Shown here piece by piece: positions 61,200 through 64,000 of a stretch of 64,000 bases of DNA (position 1 is the first letter of the stretch; each line of letters begins with the position of its first letter). Below the pieces are notes generated by a model. That model searched no databases. It was given only the letters and a program-made list of their open reading frames with translations, and was not told where the DNA came from. Source of the DNA: Leptolyngbyaceae cyanobacterium (GTDB taxonomy: Bacteria; Cyanobacteriota; Cyanobacteriia; Phormidesmidales; Phormidesmidaceae); assembly GCA_965263355.1 (NCBI GenBank), contig CBDHHL010000056.1, positions 64,001 through 128,000 on the forward strand, written 5' to 3'. The position numbers and the translations under genes were made by a program.

Positions 61200-61817
61200 C
61201 TACACCTGTTGCAGCTCTTTCAAGGATTTTGACAGCACGTTTCCAGCCGATTTTGCAAAGACAACGGTCAACAATAACCCAACTGCCAGATCAGGCAAAA
61301 TTGAATGGGTGAGCAATACTAAGATTGCCGCCACCAGGACCGACGTGTTGGCAATAATGTCATTCCGAGAACACAGCCACACCGATGACATATTTAGATT
61401 ATCATTACGATGCCGCGTCAACAGCAACAAACACACCAGGTTAGCCAGCAGCGCCAATACACCCACCGCGCCCATGATAGCCCCTTCGGGACTGGCCCCT
61501 GCAAATAGCTGATAGGTAGCCCTAGCAAATACAGCAATAGCAAACAAAAACATAATCAGGCCCTTAAGCAATGCCGCCCCCGCCTGAGCTTTAGCGCTTT
61601 TATGAATCACATACAAACTACTGGCATACACCAGGGCATCCCCTAGCATATCCAGCGAGTCCCCAGTTAATGACAGCGAAGCCGCTCGAATACCTGCTCC
61701 AAATTCGACCACAAACATCACAGCATTGATTAATAGCACCGACCAAAGAACCTTTGCCTGTCGTTCTTTGAGCTTAGACACTTCACAAGCCTTGGCCTGA
61801 CAGCAATGATCAGCCAT
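61200..61817 (-). CDS. CDF-family cation efflux transporter (short form)
   Basis: MADHCC N-terminus, DSLDMLGDA and SVWLCSRND; about 6 TM. Confidence 0.88.
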   Translation of the reverse strand: MADHCCQAKACEVSKLKERQAKVLWSVLLINAVMFVVEFGAGIRAASLSLTGDSLDMLGDALVYASSLYVIHKSAKAQAGAALLKGLIMFLFAIAVFARATYQLFAGASPEGAIMGAVGVLALLANLVCLLLLTRHRNDNLNMSSVWLCSRNDIIANTSVLVAAILVLLTHSILPDLAVGLLLTVVFAKSAGNVLSKSLKELQQV

Positions 61818-61830
61818 ATCGCCCCCTATA

Positions 61831-61983
61831 TTCAAACAGTCAAACGAGTATTAGAACGTTTACTCAAACAGCTACTTCAATATTCAAGCCAGTATTAGAA
61901 TACTTACTCAGTCACTCAAACATTCAAGCTAATATTAGAACGTTATCACACACAAGAGTTTCATTCAAACCTTTATTAGAATG
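61831..61983. promoter_or_regulatory. Four tandem ArsR/SmtB(CadC)-type operator-like repeats
   Basis: TCAA(A/G)CNNNTATTAGAA x4, with TATTAGAA at 61849, 61893, 61933 and 61974. Confidence 0.7.
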
Positions 61984-62088
61984 ACCTGGATGACCGTGCT
62001 GAAGCTAGCAGGTTGTTGCGCTAAAGGTAGTTAGAAACCTCAATCAGATTCTGGTCGGGGTCTCGGAAGTATAAGAACGGAGGTATAA

Positions 62089-62466
62089 CTATTCGACCAG
62101 TTGCCTTAGTGCATAGCAAAGGATGTCAGCAACCCGTGGATCTTTTAGGGAGTAGTAGGCCAATTTACCGTCGTTGCGATACTTTAAGATACTGAGGTCA
62201 CGGAGCTTTCGCAGGTGATGGGAGGCGGTTGCAACCTTGATTTTCAAAAGGGAAGCCACATCACAGACGCATAGCTCCTCACCATTGCTTAGGGCATACA
62301 ATATCTTTAGCCGAGACCGATCGGCCAGGGCTCCAAACATGATCTGGGCAGATTCCAGCAGGTCATCGCCGGGAAGCACCTGGCCGATTTGGTGAACTAG
62401 CTCTTCGTTGAAGCAACGGACTTGGCAGACATCACTAGATTTGGTCACAGATTTTGCAAGGTTCAT
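62089..62466 (-). CDS. ArsR/SmtB metal-sensing repressor (CadC-like)
   Basis: N-terminal CQVRC, ALADRSRLKIL, ELCVCD and ASHHLRKL. Confidence 0.92.
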   Translation of the reverse strand: MNLAKSVTKSSDVCQVRCFNEELVHQIGQVLPGDDLLESAQIMFGALADRSRLKILYALSNGEELCVCDVASLLKIKVATASHHLRKLRDLSILKYRNDGKLAYYSLKDPRVADILCYALRQLVE

Positions 62467-62568
62467 CAGATGCTATATGTCCATGCTATGACTCTATTAT
62501 GGGCGGCCCTCCAATCTCCATCGTCTCTCAAACGTTAATAAAGGGTAACGACTCAATGTTTTGGCAGC

Positions 62569-62587
62569 AAGAATGATTATCATTCTT
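62569..62587. promoter_or_regulatory. Zur/Fur-type box upstream of the COG0523 gene
   Basis: Perfect 9-1-9 palindrome AAGAATGAT-T-ATCATTCTT containing AATGATTATCA. Confidence 0.7.
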
Positions 62588-62834
62588 ATGCAATTATAAC
62601 CAGGTAACCAGGCAACGGTCCCGGATAAAAGCGGACCAGGCACTACCCCAGTCTAAAGCTGAAATGTAGGCACTGTCAGAACTCCTTGGCATCCATGCCG
62701 ATCATCTGTCCGGTTCGCTGGGGCTGTACAAAGACTATGGCGCTGAGGTGGGTGCGATCGCGCACGCGTTGACTTGCCAGTTCGCACTTACCCACGTTCA
62801 AAGATAGGCAAACACCCTTATAAGGAGACGATTC

Positions 62835-63815
62835 ATGGTAACCGAAAACATTTATAATACCGTGCCCGTAACCGTTTTGACCGGCTACTTAGGTGCAGGT
62901 AAAACCACCCTACTAAATCGCATTCTCACCCATGAGCATGGCAAAAAAGTAGCCGTAATCGTCAACGAATTTGGAGAGGTGGGCATCGACAATCAGCTGG
63001 TAGTAGATGCCGACGAAGAAGTATTTGAAATGAACAACGGCTGTATCTGTTGCACCGTGCGGGGAGACCTGATTCGCATCATTGGTAACCTGATGAAGCG
63101 CCGCGACAAGTTTGACCATCTAGTAATTGAAACCACAGGACTGGCGGACCCGGCCCCAGTAATCCAAACCTTCTTTGTGGACGATGAGGTGCAGTTGCAA
63201 ACCCGTCTAGATGCAGTCGTAACGGTGGTAGACGCCCGTCATATCTGGCAGCATTGGGAAGCAGAAGAAGCCGTGGAGCAAATTGCCTTTGCCGACGTTA
63301 TTTTGCTCAATAAGATTGACCTGGTCACAGAAGAGGACCTAACAGAACTGGAACAGCGGATTCGAAGCATGAATGCCCTAGCCAAAATCCATCGCACCCG
63401 TGATGCCCAAATCGAAATGGACGCCCTCCTTGGCGTCAGCGCATTTGACCTCAATAACGCCCTACAAATCGACCCAGATTTTCTCGACGAAACCGCCCAT
63501 GACCACGACGAAACCGTCGGTTCAGTTGCTCTGGTAGAGTCAGGGCAACTCGATGGCGACAAACTGGAAGCCTGGATAGGAGAACTACTACGCGACCACG
63601 GACCCGATATTTTTCGCATGAAAGGCATTCTCAACATGGCCGGCGAAGACAACCGATTTGTCTTTCAAGGCGTGCACATGTTGTTTGACGGTCGCCAGGA
63701 CCGCCCCTGGAAACCAGACGAATCCCGCAAAAACGAACTAGTATTTATCGGTCGTAACCTGGAGCAGCTAAATCTAGGCGAGCGCTTTCGCGACTGTTTG
63801 GTAACGAGTCTCTAG
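62835..63815 (+). CDS. COG0523 (CobW/ZigA-like) metallochaperone GTPase
   Basis: GYLGAGKTT, GCICC, ETTGLADP and NKID; CobW_C domain; AAGGAG RBS. Confidence 0.95.
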   Translation: MVTENIYNTVPVTVLTGYLGAGKTTLLNRILTHEHGKKVAVIVNEFGEVGIDNQLVVDADEEVFEMNNGCICCTVRGDLIRIIGNLMKRRDKFDHLVIETTGLADPAPVIQTFFVDDEVQLQTRLDAVVTVVDARHIWQHWEAEEAVEQIAFADVILLNKIDLVTEEDLTELEQRIRSMNALAKIHRTRDAQIEMDALLGVSAFDLNNALQIDPDFLDETAHDHDETVGSVALVESGQLDGDKLEAWIGELLRDHGPDIFRMKGILNMAGEDNRFVFQGVHMLFDGRQDRPWKPDESRKNELVFIGRNLEQLNLGERFRDCLVTSL

Positions 63816-63878
63816 GAAACAACGTCATGATTTGAATCTTATGCACTGAATTTCCTGCAGAAATCGATCTAGAACCTT

Positions 63879-63971
63879 TATAATCGACCCCGCCGTACCC
63901 CTAAACTTGATGCCATTAAGAATAACCTGGTACGGTGGGTTGTAGGGCGGCATCCCGGCCCGGCCCAGGGG
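63879..63971 (+). repeat. Dispersed ~90-bp REP-containing element, copy 2
   Basis: Colinear similarity to 49021-49110. Confidence 0.75.
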
Positions 63972-64000
63972 AAACTCCAGTATGCCTAAAAGAGATAACT

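Noticed and set aside
61831..61983. Possible mini-CRISPR array
   Set aside because: The repeats are degenerate, the period is ~41 bp with related spacers, and there are no cas genes. ArsR operators explain it better.
62835..63815. COG0523 GTPase as the nitrile hydratase activator
   Set aside because: It is 8 kb away behind an IS and has its own Zur-type box. The Co-type NHase already has a P14K-like accessory gene.
1..64000. Frequent GCGATCGC octamers as a novel repeat
   Set aside because: This is the well-known cyanobacterial HIP1 sequence.

Overview
This 64-kb window is cyanobacterial chromosome. It has roughly 30 HIP1 GCGATCGC octamers counted by eye, a phycobilisome linker and NtcA/Zur-type sites; the gene style suggests a filamentous Leptolyngbya-like organism (inference). 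Housekeeping genes (ribD, bioF, trxC-type thioredoxin, mfd, metG, glcF, delta-9 desaturase, ATP-dependent ligase) alternate with accessory blocks. The standout is a ~7.5-kb cluster at 48456-55954. It holds a cobalt-type nitrile hydratase with a split beta subunit plus accessory protein, a divergent biuret/guanylurea-hydrolase-like cysteine hydrolase, a NitT/TauT ABC importer behind an NtcA-type promoter, an Lrp regulator and a TIM-barrel protein. It looks like a nitrogen-scavenging pathway for an N-rich nitrile such as cyanoguanidine (hypothesis). Other notable items are a 985-aa four-domain phycobilisome linker, a degenerate ethylene-receptor-like hybrid kinase, a structured leader before a slipin gene and a Ser/Thr kinase-macrodomain fusion. 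The window also has an ECF sigma/anti-sigma/PEP-CTERM/DUF4331 module, a CDF transporter with four tandem ArsR-type operators, one complete IS630 with two solo ends, IS66/IS256 debris and GTAG-type REP-like repeats. No rRNA, complete tRNA or CRISPR array was seen. All calls come from reading motifs by eye; no searches were run.
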